NCBI GenBank assembly: GCA_038885755.1
Contig: JAVZZH010000002.1
Span: 160,001 to 224,000, forward strand
Reading direction: 5' to 3'
DNA length: 64,000 bases
Source: Candidatus Caldarchaeum sp.
GTDB lineage: Archaea; Thermoproteota; Nitrososphaeria_A; Caldarchaeales; Caldarchaeaceae
The position numbers and the translations under genes were made by a program. Below are positions 1-9,536 of the stretch, one piece after another. The notes below the pieces were generated by a model. It did not search any database. It was not told the DNA's origin and was given only the letters and a program-made list of their open reading frames with translations. Within the stretch, counting starts at the first letter, position 1. Each line of letters opens with the position of its first letter.

Positions 1-208
1 TCTTGTGAAAGTTAAGCAGTTCAGGCCGGACTATTCCCTCACACCACGTCAAGAACAGGCATTGCTTCATGCTTTCCTAAAAGGCTACTTCGAAAGCCCC
101 CGGCCGGCGTCGGTCAACAAGTTCGCGGAAGACTTCGGAGTCTCAACCCCCACATACACAGAGCTCCTACGCAAGGCTTTGGCTAAGCTTGTCGTTGCCC
201 ACATGTGA
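1..208 (+). CDS. Bat/HTH_10-type transcriptional regulator, C-terminal part (5' end outside window)
   Basis: LTPRQEQALLHAFLKGYFESPRPASVNKFAEDFGVS matches the archaeal HTH_10 pattern (LTxRQ...A..xGYF..PR...lA..lGvS); stop overlaps the GTG of the next gene. Confidence 0.8.
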   Translation, partial: LVKVKQFRPDYSLTPRQEQALLHAFLKGYFESPRPASVNKFAEDFGVSTPTYTELLRKALAKLVVAHM

Positions 209-1167
209 GGATTGAGTTGGAGACGGTGGCGTGCGAAAACCTCGTCAAAACCTTCACCGCGTCGGAGAAGAAGGGGTTTTTCAAGGGCTCGAGAAGAACC
301 GTGAAAGCTGTTGACGACGTCTCGCTGAGAATACAAAGGGGGGAGGTGTTCGGCCTAGTGGGGCCTAACGGCGCCGGCAAAACCACAACCATCAAGATCC
401 TCTCAACCCTGCTCATACCCGACAGCGGGAGGGCTTGGGTCAACGGGTTCGATGTTTTGACCGAAGCGGACAAGGTCCGTGAAGTCCTAGGCTTGGTTTT
501 ATCGCCTGACAAAGGGTTCTACGCGCGGCTGACAGGTGTTGAGAACTTGTCCTACTACGGCAGGCTGTACGGCTTGGATAGAAAAAGCTCACTGGACAGA
601 GCCAAGGAGCTTGTTGAACTAGTCGGCTTGGGTGAAGACGGTTTTAGAATGTATGACGAGTACAGCCTAGGGATGAAGGCGAAGCTGAGCATAGCCAAGT
701 CGCTGATACACGACCCTCCGGTAATCTTTCTCGACGAGCCGACCATCGGCCTAGACCCTCTGTCAGCACGTAAGATAAGACAGTTGATAAGCACTCTAGC
801 TAGGCGGGGAAAAACGATACTTCTCACATCGCATAACATGTGGGAAGTGGAGAGCCTCTCCTCCACCGTGGCTGTGATAAACAACGGCCGGGTGGCTGCA
901 GTTGGAGCGCCCAACGAGCTTAAGCAAATTCTCGGACTCACGTACACGATCGAGGTGGAGGTTTTGGGCAACGCCGGGCTTGAATCGGAGTGGCGTGTCG
1001 AGATGGGTGAGAGGGGCTATCCTGTCGTAAGGGTGGAGAGCCAGAGACCCAGCGAGGACCTAGTGATGATCGTTGACAAAGTCCGTTCTCAAGGTCTTCA
1101 GGTCGGTTTTGTGAAAGTCCACGAACCGAGCATGGAGGAAGTGTTTACGAAAGTGGTCTCCGGATGA
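205..1167 (+). CDS. ABC-2 type (drug/peptide export) ATP-binding protein
   Basis: Walker A GPNGAGKTT, signature YSLGM, Walker B IFLDEPT, H-loop LTSH; followed by two permeases. Confidence 0.95.
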   Translation: MRIELETVACENLVKTFTASEKKGFFKGSRRTVKAVDDVSLRIQRGEVFGLVGPNGAGKTTTIKILSTLLIPDSGRAWVNGFDVLTEADKVREVLGLVLSPDKGFYARLTGVENLSYYGRLYGLDRKSSLDRAKELVELVGLGEDGFRMYDEYSLGMKAKLSIAKSLIHDPPVIFLDEPTIGLDPLSARKIRQLISTLARRGKTILLTSHNMWEVESLSSTVAVINNGRVAAVGAPNELKQILGLTYTIEVEVLGNAGLESEWRVEMGERGYPVVRVESQRPSEDLVMIVDKVRSQGLQVGFVKVHEPSMEEVFTKVVSG

Positions 1168-1940
1168 AGCTGCTTAACAAGTTTCTCGCAGTGCTTGAGG
1201 CCGAGCTGAAAGCCTACGTGCGAGAGGCAGGGCCTCTGGTGTTCATGTCTTCCTTCCCCTTCTTCTTCTCATCCATCACATTCAGCGTCGGCTCTGTTTT
1301 AAGCGAGGGGAAAGCGACACCGCAAGACTGGTTTTACCAGCTAATCGGGTTCTCTGTAATGACCATATCGATAACGATGACCAGCGCATCGGCTTGGTAC
1401 TTCAGGCGAGGAGTTTTGACTGGAAGACTTGAATACCTCATGGCGGCGCCCGTAAACCCGATCAACACGGTGATGGCGGCTTCTCTCGCTCATGTAATCG
1501 TCGGGTTGCTAAGCTTCATGGTTGTAGGGTTCATAGGCGTAATCATGGTTTACGGAGCAGCGCGTCTGGTAAACCTAGCGGCAGCCCTCCTGCTGATCTT
1601 CCTAGCCTTGCTTCCCGTGGTCGGGATAAACTTAATCGTGGGAACACTTACGATAATCTTCAAGGAACCTGAACCTGTATCGGGTACGGTGAACGCGGTC
1701 GTAGCGGCCACGTCAGGCTTCGTTTACCCCATCACGCTTCTACCAGCCGTTCTACAGTTAATCGGGAAAACACTACCATACTTCCACGTGGTTGAAGCCG
1801 CAAGGTCCATGATAACACACCACGTTGAAGCAGCACAGCTAACCAACATACTCCTACTCCTGACCTACCTAGCTCTCGGTCTAGCCGTTTACAGGCTAGG
1901 TGAAAACCATTATGCTAGAAAAGTCGGCATACATCAGTAA
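1164..1940 (+). CDS. ABC-2 type transporter permease
   Basis: About 6 hydrophobic segments, GRLEYLMAAPV and SGFVYPITLLP motifs; ATGA overlap with the ATPase. Confidence 0.9.
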   Translation: MKLLNKFLAVLEAELKAYVREAGPLVFMSSFPFFFSSITFSVGSVLSEGKATPQDWFYQLIGFSVMTISITMTSASAWYFRRGVLTGRLEYLMAAPVNPINTVMAASLAHVIVGLLSFMVVGFIGVIMVYGAARLVNLAAALLLIFLALLPVVGINLIVGTLTIIFKEPEPVSGTVNAVVAATSGFVYPITLLPAVLQLIGKTLPYFHVVEAARSMITHHVEAAQLTNILLLLTYLALGLAVYRLGENHYARKVGIHQ

Positions 1941-2712
1941 GATAGCTGCAGAGGTTGAAAGAGGGCTGAAAACCTATGCAAGGTACGGTGCGTGGCTTGC
2001 ATCAGACGTCATACAGTGGCCTTTCTGGACAGTTTTCTTCTTCCTATCGATTATGATGTATTCACCGGACCTGCTGTCGTCGAAACCGTTGATAAACATC
2101 CTTTCATGGAGCTTTTTCGCATTCGTGTTCGTCTCGTCGTTCCTGTGGGCTGCAAGCTCCGTCGTCATGGAAGTCCAGCAAGGTATAATTGAGCAGCTTA
2201 TACTCGCGAAGACATCCCTGCGTCTCCACCTCGTGGGAAGAACCGTGATAACAGTCCTAGACATCCTCGTGGGCGGCGTCATTCTACTGCTGTTGTCATC
2301 CCTCATCTTCGGGGCGGAGCTAACGATAATTCATCCCACGCTCTTCATAGCTTCGACAGCCATAGCCTTCATCTTCTTTCTCTCATTCACCTCCGTTTTA
2401 ACAGCCTTACTCATCGCAGTGAGGTCTCCTTGGATCGTCGTGTCCATCATGCAGTTCATAATCCCCTTCTCCAGCGGCGGAATCCCTGTACAGCTACTCC
2501 CACGGGAAGCCGCCAGAATAGTCCTACTCTCCCCCTTCTTCTACGTCATACATCCAATAGTAGCTTCAGCGACAAACTCCTTCTACATCCCGGCCGAGAA
2601 CTTAATCGCTGCATCGGCGGTCCTCACAGCCATCATGTTCTTTGCAAGCATCTACATCGAAAGAACACTGATAAACAGAACCCTTAAAAAAGGAAAGTTC
2701 ACAGTGTTCTGA
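1912..2712 (+). CDS. ABC-2 type transporter permease (second subunit)
   Basis: Hydrophobic, EVQQGIIEQLILA and SGGIPVQLLP motifs; ATG 1912 preferred, ORF open from 1900. Confidence 0.85.
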   Translation: MLEKSAYISKIAAEVERGLKTYARYGAWLASDVIQWPFWTVFFFLSIMMYSPDLLSSKPLINILSWSFFAFVFVSSFLWAASSVVMEVQQGIIEQLILAKTSLRLHLVGRTVITVLDILVGGVILLLLSSLIFGAELTIIHPTLFIASTAIAFIFFLSFTSVLTALLIAVRSPWIVVSIMQFIIPFSSGGIPVQLLPREAARIVLLSPFFYVIHPIVASATNSFYIPAENLIAASAVLTAIMFFASIYIERTLINRTLKKGKFTVF

Positions 2713-2844
2713 ATCTTTCGTTCAAGAGCTAAAAGCTTACATCAGGAATGATTGAGTAGGTCGAGCTTGAAGCCGCAGGAAAGCAGTCTGTTGAAAATAA
2801 TTGCTCTTGAAGGTGGATGCTGGGATGCCGGTATGTCTGATAGG

Positions 2845-3153
2845 CGACCACGCTGCTCAACGGGTTCAACAAGCCCGACGAGGGCCGGATAAAGCTCAAC
2901 TCCCTGCTGCTGAACAAAACACCGCCTTTCAAGAGAGCTAAACACATATGACGAGTTTTTCAGCTACTCTGCACGCATGACCGTCGCGGAAAACCTCATG
3001 GTCGTCGAGATGAACGAGGGCAAGGCCCGGGAACTGCTCGAACCCGTGCAGCTCAGCCACTTAATATGCCTCAACCTTTCGGGCGGGCAGCAAAAACTTC
3101 TTGAATTCGCCCGAAACCTGATGATGAGCCCTTAGATAGCCTTGATGGACGAA
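2845..3153 (+). pseudogene. Degraded LivG/LivF-like branched-chain amino acid ABC ATPase fragment
   Basis: Manual translation gives TTLLNGFNKPDEGRIKL, then RMTVAENLMV...NLSGGQQKLLEFARNLMMSP*IALMDE with in-frame TAG at 3133-3135 and no Walker A. Confidence 0.75.
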
Positions 3154-3705
3154 GGCGCCCAAGGATGCAAGAAAATCAGCTACGAAGTTGTTGAACAGCT
3201 TGGTTGGAGGACTGCATCATCCAGCTCACCGCCTACGGCGAGTGGCGAGGCATCAACGAATTCCATACGCTGGGTCTGGTTGAAAGCCTTCCCGTGATGG
3301 TTGCCGCAGAGCCTGAGGCGGGAGGGCCTCTTTACCGCTCGATGATGCAGCCTAGGGAAACCCTAGTAGGGACAGAGACCGAGAAATGTGTCGCTTTCTC
3401 GATAGCGGGAAGCATCACAGGCCCTCAGAGCTGTGAAGGCTTCTCGTCTCCGAGGAGTATGTTCTTCAGGCTCAGAGCCTCACCGCCACCTCGGGAGGAA
3501 TACTGGCGGAAGCATCCTCAGCCGCAGGCGTCGCTGCCGTCAAGAAGCTCAGGGAGGAGGGAAGGACGACATCGTGGTGTGTGTTCTGACCTCGACGGGG
3601 CTGAAGGGCCTCGGAAACAGGAAACGACAGTTGGCTGAAATCCCGACCATAGAGCCTGTCTGGAGCGAGCTACAACGTGTCCTGAAACATACGTATGGAG
3701 GCTAG
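3154..3705 (+). pseudogene. Degraded threonine synthase-like (PLP fold II) C-terminal fragment
   Basis: GCKKISYEVVEQLGW, GLVESLPVMVAAEP, AFSIAG and IVVCVLTSTGLK fall in different frames; they parallel GMKTVAYEIAEQ and VLVIVTGFGCK of the intact gene at 27363-28484. Confidence 0.75.
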
Positions 3706-3708
3706 GGT

Positions 3709-4755
3709 TTATTCGACAACGTCCTTAAAAACCCATGAAAGGTCTGGCCTGCGCGCTCTTTCGCTGACCCTCTCGTTCAAAGCATGCACAAGCACGGGAA
3801 GAGCTATCGTGGCGTCGCAGAAACACTGAACAGCATATCCTTCGGATGACTCCTTACCCCAGCTCTTACCCTCCTCCAACGTAGCTCCAGACAACCCACC
3901 CCATTGAGGGCTGTCGGTCGTTATCTGGACAGCGAAACGGTGAGGCCTCGTCCTGAAGGCGTCGCCACTCTCGAGGATGTCCACAGCCACTGCGGACAGC
4001 TGTATAAAATCTTTAGGGACGCCGCCGCCTATGAAGACCGCAGCACTGTTCCTGAAAGCCTCCTTTATCCTAACCAGCTGCTCATAGTCCTTAAAATGGT
4101 CTAAAACCAGCCTGAAACTAGGCCTTCTATGCTTGTTGATTAAGTAAGCCACGCCGTATCCGCTGTCTTCTATCGCAGGGCTGAAGACCGGGACACGCGA
4201 CCTGTAGGCCGCCTGCACTATGCCCTTGATGTTTCTGTCGTCAAGCCATTTGCCGAAGAGGTGGAGAAACTCCGCTGAAGACATAGGATCCCGACCGTCA
4301 AGCGTAAGCATAAAGTCGGCAATCAGTTCCTCCATCTTGATGTATTCTTTCTCCTTCACGAAAACGTCGTGAAACCTGTATATTCCGTTCCGACGCAGAA
4401 AGTCGTCGTCTATGAACTGCGTGCCCACGTAGTAGTTGAAACCCATGGCTGCGATAAGGTCCTCGGATATGTTGGCCCCGGTCGAGACAACCACGTCGAC
4501 AAACCTGTTCTCGATAAGCCATTTCACAAGCTTCCACTGACCCGTCGTGCTGAGCGAGCCGGCGTAGCCGAGCATGATTACTGTGTCGTCAGTCTTCAGA
4601 GCAGCCTCCCACACATCGGCAGCGAGGCCGAGGTTGCGTCCTTGAAAACCAGTATCCCTCATATCCTTCAAAAGCTGTGAGATAGTTTTCTCACCGATCT
4701 CAACAGCCTTTAACGGGTCCTTCAGCAAGTTCTCAACACTTCTCTCCACAATCAT
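3709..4755 (-). CDS. dys: Deoxyhypusine synthase family protein
   Basis: TGFQGRNLG, VSTGAN, IGGGVPKDF, GGLSGATLEEGKSWGK (catalytic Lys motif) and CDATIALP. Confidence 0.9.
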   Translation of the reverse strand: MIVERSVENLLKDPLKAVEIGEKTISQLLKDMRDTGFQGRNLGLAADVWEAALKTDDTVIMLGYAGSLSTTGQWKLVKWLIENRFVDVVVSTGANISEDLIAAMGFNYYVGTQFIDDDFLRRNGIYRFHDVFVKEKEYIKMEELIADFMLTLDGRDPMSSAEFLHLFGKWLDDRNIKGIVQAAYRSRVPVFSPAIEDSGYGVAYLINKHRRPSFRLVLDHFKDYEQLVRIKEAFRNSAAVFIGGGVPKDFIQLSAVAVDILESGDAFRTRPHRFAVQITTDSPQWGGLSGATLEEGKSWGKESSEGYAVQCFCDATIALPVLVHALNERVSERARRPDLSWVFKDVVE

Positions 4756-4795
4756 GCTAGTTTTAGTTGATTAGATTCTTTATAATTGTATCTTT

Positions 4796-5347
4796 TTAGC
4801 GGCGGCGACGCTGCTTGGCAAGCATGATTGCTTTCTCAGCGGCTTCAGCAGGGTCTTCGACGTAGACTGCGGCGATGTGCTTCCGGTGGTCGAGGTATCC
4901 GTCGGGATGCGTCTGCTTGAGAAGGTCTGATGGATAACCCGTCCCCGTAAGGATTACTAAAGGTATACGATATACGTATGCCAGATGCGCTTCGACTATA
5001 GTGCCCGACCCTCCGCCGAGGACGACGAAGCTGTCGCTGCTTCTCACGAGCCCGATGCTCCGTGCTTGGAAGGTCTGACCGCTGCGGTAGACTATTGTGT
5101 TGTAAGGGTTGTAGCGCGGGTTCGACTCGTCTATCTGCTCGTCCTCGTATGGGATGACGCCGACGGTTATGCCGCCGCGTTTGAAAAACTCCTCGCATAC
5201 AACACGCATCAAGCCGCCGTCTCCGCCCGTCAGCAAAACAACATCATCACGGTAGTCGGCGAGCCTGACAGCAAACCTCCTCGCCTTCTCAACGGCCTGA
5301 GTATGAGGGTTCTTGTCGCTCGAGCAGCCGACGCCTATCTGAAGCAT
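4796..5347 (-). CDS. LOG/TIGR00725-like Rossmann-fold nucleotide-binding protein
   Basis: LLTGGDGGLM, GGITVGVIP, RSIGLVRSSD and GGGSGTIVE motifs. Confidence 0.85.
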   Translation of the reverse strand: MLQIGVGCSSDKNPHTQAVEKARRFAVRLADYRDDVVLLTGGDGGLMRVVCEEFFKRGGITVGVIPYEDEQIDESNPRYNPYNTIVYRSGQTFQARSIGLVRSSDSFVVLGGGSGTIVEAHLAYVYRIPLVILTGTGYPSDLLKQTHPDGYLDHRKHIAAVYVEDPAEAAEKAIMLAKQRRRR

Positions 5348-5790
5348 GTAGGTTAAGCGTTAACCCGTTTATATAAGGGAGCGCCCTCCGAGCAACACGC
5401 CGGAACAACCTCAACGTTGTTCTCCACGAATTCTCGGCCTTGGGAGACTATTGACCGGCCTTCAAGCTTCGAGCATTCTCAGCCGCCTCAGCCATACATA
5501 AGAACAGAAACGGTTGAGACCGCTAAACGTCATTCGTAAACTATAATCTGCCAAAACTCGGGCTTAAGGCGAGAATACTGGGATGGCGCGGTTTTGCGGG
5601 AACGGTCAAACAAGTGGGATTCATAGATTTGGCGGGAATAAGCCTATTGGAAGACGTAAAAGCTGGAGTGATGGCGGGGCTCAACGACAGGTGCGAAAGG
5701 CATTCGAGTATGGCCGACGGGATGCTTTGGGATAGCATAATGTGCTTACGCTTGTTTTCAGCTCCACGGTTTGTTTTACACATGTTTTAA

Positions 5791-6465
5791 TTGGTGCTAG
5801 GAGTGTGGTTCGGCGTGGTTTCTGTGTTCCTGGGCGTTGACTTGGCTGGCAGCCCTAAGAGGCCTTCTGGGATGGCTTTGCTGGATGAGGGGTTGGGTTG
5901 CAGGACGTGGGTTTGTTTCACTGACGACGAGATAGTCGCTGATGTTGATTCGGTGAAGCCTGTTGTGGTGGCTGTTGATGCTCCGCTCGGCCTTCCCCGT
6001 GGGAGGGAGAGTTTGGAGAAGCGGGGGCCGCCGCACTTCAGGGTGTGCGACATAGAGCTTCGACGCAGGGGGATAAAGTTCTTCCCGATAACCATCGGCC
6101 CCATGCGTATGCTGACAGCACGGGGGATGAAGCTTGCAGCAGCTTTGAGGCAGAAGGGGGTGAAGGTCTATGAATCGTATCCCGGCGGTGTGCAGGACGT
6201 TCTCAGGCTGCCGAGGAAGCAGCGGGGTGTCTCCAAGCTCGTGAAAGGCCTGAGGAGGCTTGGGGTGAAAGGCTTGTCCACAGACATCTCTGGCGATGAA
6301 GCGGACGCGGCGACGTGCGCTCTGGCAGCATATCTTTGGTGGAGAGGGGTGTGCGAGGAGCTTGGAGACCCGGACGAGGGTGTGATAATACTGCCGAAGC
6401 CTACGGTGGTTCGGGAGGTTCTGGCGCCTCGCTGTAAACGGGCGGCCAAGAAGAACTCTTCCTAG
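5791..6465 (+). CDS. DUF429 family (RNase H-like fold, predicted nuclease); true start may be a few codons downstream
   Basis: GVDLAG, VAVDAPL, R..DIEL, VYESYP and DEADAATCA motifs. Confidence 0.8.
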   Translation: MVLGVWFGVVSVFLGVDLAGSPKRPSGMALLDEGLGCRTWVCFTDDEIVADVDSVKPVVVAVDAPLGLPRGRESLEKRGPPHFRVCDIELRRRGIKFFPITIGPMRMLTARGMKLAAALRQKGVKVYESYPGGVQDVLRLPRKQRGVSKLVKGLRRLGVKGLSTDISGDEADAATCALAAYLWWRGVCEELGDPDEGVIILPKPTVVREVLAPRCKRAAKKNSS

Positions 6466-7432
6466 CATCCTGCTCCGCTATCCGTCTCTCAACCTCGTTT
6501 CTCACGGGTTCGAGCCAAGGCGGGAGGACAAGCCTGCTTCCAAGGGTTTCACGCGGCTCGTCGACATCGTATCCGGGCCCTACGGTGGCGACCTCCATCA
6601 AGTTTCCGAACGGGTCTCTGAAGTAGAGAGAGCGGAACCAAAACCTGTCAACTATGCCCGAGTTCCTGACGTGAGCCATGTTTAGCCTCCGCTGAATTGT
6701 TTTCTGCTCTTCCTCGGACATGACTGACAGGGCTATGTGATGAATTGAGCCACGGCCCACGTAGCCGTATTCGGCTGAAGAGTCTACAACATAGCGGAGG
6801 AAAACGTCATCATCGTTTTTCACCGTGAGCCAGACGCGTCCGTCAACATCCTTAACCACCTTCATCTCCCTCAGCTGAAGAAATTTCTCGAGAAACCTTT
6901 GTAAAACACCTGCGTCGATAGCCAGCGGAGTGCAGTGGTCAAACCACATAATCCTCATCTCTGCGTCAACCGCTCCAACCATGTCGGAATCACGGAAAAC
7001 CTCTTCAACGTATTCCATGTCTAAGCCTTCGTCAACCGCTGTGAGCTCGAGCAGAGTGTTGTCAGGGTCGCGGAAGTATATCGAGACACGGCCGCCGTAA
7101 ACGCGGGGTCCTATTGTTTTTACACCGTTCCCCCTAAGCCATCCAAACCATCTGGCAAGCGTTTCAACGGATTTAACCCGGTAAGCCAGATGATGCGGTG
7201 AACCCAGCCCCGGATAACCGTAGGGCGCGTCAGTCCATTCGAAAAAGGTTATCGCGCTTCCCGTAGGCTTGTCCGGGTTTGCGTAGAAAGCATGCCTATG
7301 ATAGATGTCGTCTTGGTTGACGGAAAGCTTGACCTGCCTTAAGCCGAGAACCTCTGTGTAAAACCTGTAGTTTACATGGTAGTTGGAGGCGACTAGGGTG
7401 ATGTGGTGAAGGCCTTGGACAAGACTCTCCAT
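6401..7432 (-). CDS. VOC-family ring-cleaving dioxygenase/glyoxalase (MhqO/PcpA-like)
   Basis: GLHHITL, VKLSVNQDD, ITFFEW, HHIAL, DRFWFRSLYFRDPFGNLMEVAT and GYDVDEP. Confidence 0.9.
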   Translation of the reverse strand: MESLVQGLHHITLVASNYHVNYRFYTEVLGLRQVKLSVNQDDIYHRHAFYANPDKPTGSAITFFEWTDAPYGYPGLGSPHHLAYRVKSVETLARWFGWLRGNGVKTIGPRVYGGRVSIYFRDPDNTLLELTAVDEGLDMEYVEEVFRDSDMVGAVDAEMRIMWFDHCTPLAIDAGVLQRFLEKFLQLREMKVVKDVDGRVWLTVKNDDDVFLRYVVDSSAEYGYVGRGSIHHIALSVMSEEEQKTIQRRLNMAHVRNSGIVDRFWFRSLYFRDPFGNLMEVATVGPGYDVDEPRETLGSRLVLPPWLEPVRNEVERRIAEQDARKSSSWPPVYSEAPEPPEPP

Positions 7433-7487
7433 GCCCGAGGCCAGCTAACAGCTGTAATTTATGTCGTGCAGCCCTACAACAAGCCGT

Positions 7488-8786
7488 TTACCCCGATATT
7501 TTCCCCGCAGCCGGCTTAACAATCCGCTTCGCTAGCTGATGGATGGCCACCGACACAGCGACGGAGACTGCGAAAGACGGGATGGATGCCCCGGTTGATG
7601 GGGCCAGCTGGACTATGGCCACGTAGACAGCTATTCCTGAAACCCAAGCTATCATGCTTCCGGCTTTCAAGCCGCTTCTTCTGTAGAACTCCTCAATCGA
7701 CGGCGGGTTGGCTCTCCTGTTTATGAAGAACTCGGAAGCCATGACGCCGAGAAGCGGGACGAAGAGGGAGCCGATTAACAGCAGGAACCACTCATACTGC
7801 ATCAGCGGGACGGCGAGAGCTAGGACAGCTCCTGCAGCGGCTGTGAAAGCGGCGAAAACCCACTGAGGCGTCTTGGTGAAAATGTTCTGGAAGGAGACAG
7901 CCGATGAGTAGATGTCCGCGAAGCCGTTATCCGTCTCGTCAACCAGTATCAGCAGCAGGGCTGCGTTTCCGAGGAATAGAGCACCTACTGCCGAGATTAT
8001 GTCGTTGATTCCCAGCACTGCTACGAGAGCTGCTCCGAGGAAGTAGAACCAAGTGTTTGATACGGTGTATCCTGTGAGCGTTCCGAGGAAGCTTCCCGAC
8101 TGCTTCGCGGAGAACCTGTTGTAGTCTGAGACGAGAGGCCACCATGATATCGGCATGGCTACGACGAGGTCGAGGGCGAGTAGTATTGGGATTGCTTCGG
8201 GGCTACGTGCTGTAAACCATGCACCGAAGCCGGGCGAGCTGACCACCATGTATGTTATCCAGATGGATGAGGCGTAGACAAGCCATATAGCAACCTTTTC
8301 AAGCCATTTCCTCACGACGACGAGAGGCCCTCCAATGGCGAGAAACATACACCACAGGCTGAACAAAATCACCCAGATTGGGAAGCTGAGGCTGCCGAAA
8401 AGCCAGCCGGTCAAAACCGAGGCAGCCTGAGCCATGATCATTATCTCGAACCCAGTCCATCCAATCAGCTGGACTATGTTGAGAACGGTCGGGATGTAGC
8501 TTCCCCTCAACCCTAGCACAGGCCTTAGGCTGACCATGGTTGGGACGCCGTACCTGCTGCCTACGGCGCCGGCGACGGCCAGCATCAGGCTGCCGATGAC
8601 AGAGCCTGCTACAGCCACGGCCAACACCTCAACCAAGCTGAGCGATGACAGGAAAGAACCCGCAACCATAACCAGTAATCCTACGCCAAGGCTTGACCAT
8701 AGGACGAAATAGTCGACGAACCTGAGCTGACGCGCCTCCTGCGGAACAGGATCAGGGCCCCACTCGGGCGGAAGCCTTATCTTCAT
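7488..8786 (-). CDS. cytX: NCS1-family permease, CytX-like (putative hydroxymethylpyrimidine/thiamine precursor transporter)
   Basis: About 12 TM segments, LNIVQLIGWTGFEI, AMPISWWPLVSDYNRF, DETDNGFADIYS; ATG 8786 lies about 27-32 bp downstream of a TTTATA box. Confidence 0.75.
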   Translation of the reverse strand: MKIRLPPEWGPDPVPQEARQLRFVDYFVLWSSLGVGLLVMVAGSFLSSLSLVEVLAVAVAGSVIGSLMLAVAGAVGSRYGVPTMVSLRPVLGLRGSYIPTVLNIVQLIGWTGFEIMIMAQAASVLTGWLFGSLSFPIWVILFSLWCMFLAIGGPLVVVRKWLEKVAIWLVYASSIWITYMVVSSPGFGAWFTARSPEAIPILLALDLVVAMPISWWPLVSDYNRFSAKQSGSFLGTLTGYTVSNTWFYFLGAALVAVLGINDIISAVGALFLGNAALLLILVDETDNGFADIYSSAVSFQNIFTKTPQWVFAAFTAAAGAVLALAVPLMQYEWFLLLIGSLFVPLLGVMASEFFINRRANPPSIEEFYRRSGLKAGSMIAWVSGIAVYVAIVQLAPSTGASIPSFAVSVAVSVAIHQLAKRIVKPAAGKISG

Positions 8787-8812
8787 GAGACTGACGGTAT
8801 CCGCATCCACAA

Positions 8813-8840
8813 TATAAACCACTATATAACCAAGTTATAT
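8813..8840 (-). promoter_or_regulatory. TATA box plus perfect palindrome ATATAAC-CAA-GTTATAT (candidate operator)
   Basis: 7-3-7 inverted repeat at 8824-8840 directly upstream of minus-strand TTTATA (8818-8813). Confidence 0.6.
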
Positions 8841-9113
8841 TCTCAGAAACAATACACCTGAAGAAAACCAAACCTCAACCATCTAGAAAGCCTAGGATGG
8901 ATAAACTTGTCGTCAAGCAGGAAACAACCGCTTACCGAGCATGCGAGAGATTTTCTACTTCTCGACGGAGCTATCACCACGGCGGCGGACCTCCCGATTC
9001 TCTATCAAACGGGTAAAAAGTCGCGGGCTGTTTCTATGAGGCTACAGCACAACCCCATCCACCATAGAGGCTTGCCTTTTCCTGAAACAGGGTCTGGAAA
9101 GGATCTTAACGAG

Positions 9114-9536
9114 TTATGACTTTTTGTTCTCGTTTAAATTGATTACAGCGAGTCCTTTTTCAGTCAAGCTGTATTTATAGGGTTTGCCGGACCGGGATAC
9201 GAGACCCATTTCGTAAAGATTCTTCATAACACGAGCTGAATGCTCCCGGCTCAGGTTCAGGCTTCGGCTGATATCACTTGATATCACACTCCCCTTCTCC
9301 CTTATAAGCCGCAGGGCCGCCAAAGCCGATTCGTGCAGCACCGGCATCTCGTCGCTTTTCCCAGTGTTGTCGGGGTTTGATGGAGGCGGCTGGGTTCGAC
9401 GGGGTTGCTGTGATGCAGCGTGATTTTCTTTTCCATGTGTGATATCACGGTTTGCCACAGCCCGTCTGTAGAGGAAGATGAAAACCGCTGTCTGCGTCAT
9501 GAAAAGAATGGTGAAAACAGCCGTTAAAGCCTCCAA
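9114..9536 (-). CDS. Membrane-anchored winged-helix (MarR-like) DNA-binding protein
   Basis: N-terminal TM (ALTAVFTILFMTQTAVFIFLY), low-complexity P/Q linker, then wHTH (ISRSLNLSREHSARVMKNLYEMGLVSR...YSLTEKG); TTG start 9 bp after the upstream stop. Confidence 0.8.
   Translation of the reverse strand: MEALTAVFTILFMTQTAVFIFLYRRAVANRDITHGKENHAASQQPRRTQPPPSNPDNTGKSDEMPVLHESALAALRLIREKGSVISSDISRSLNLSREHSARVMKNLYEMGLVSRSGKPYKYSLTEKGLAVINLNENKKS

Noticed and set aside
5350-5790. 440-bp gap with short ORFs, including CTCGGC(CT)TGGGAGACTATT resembling the interior of the 50692-50796 element
   Set aside because: The match is only about 18 nt with an indel, no TIRs flank it, and the ORFs have no motifs; likely chance.
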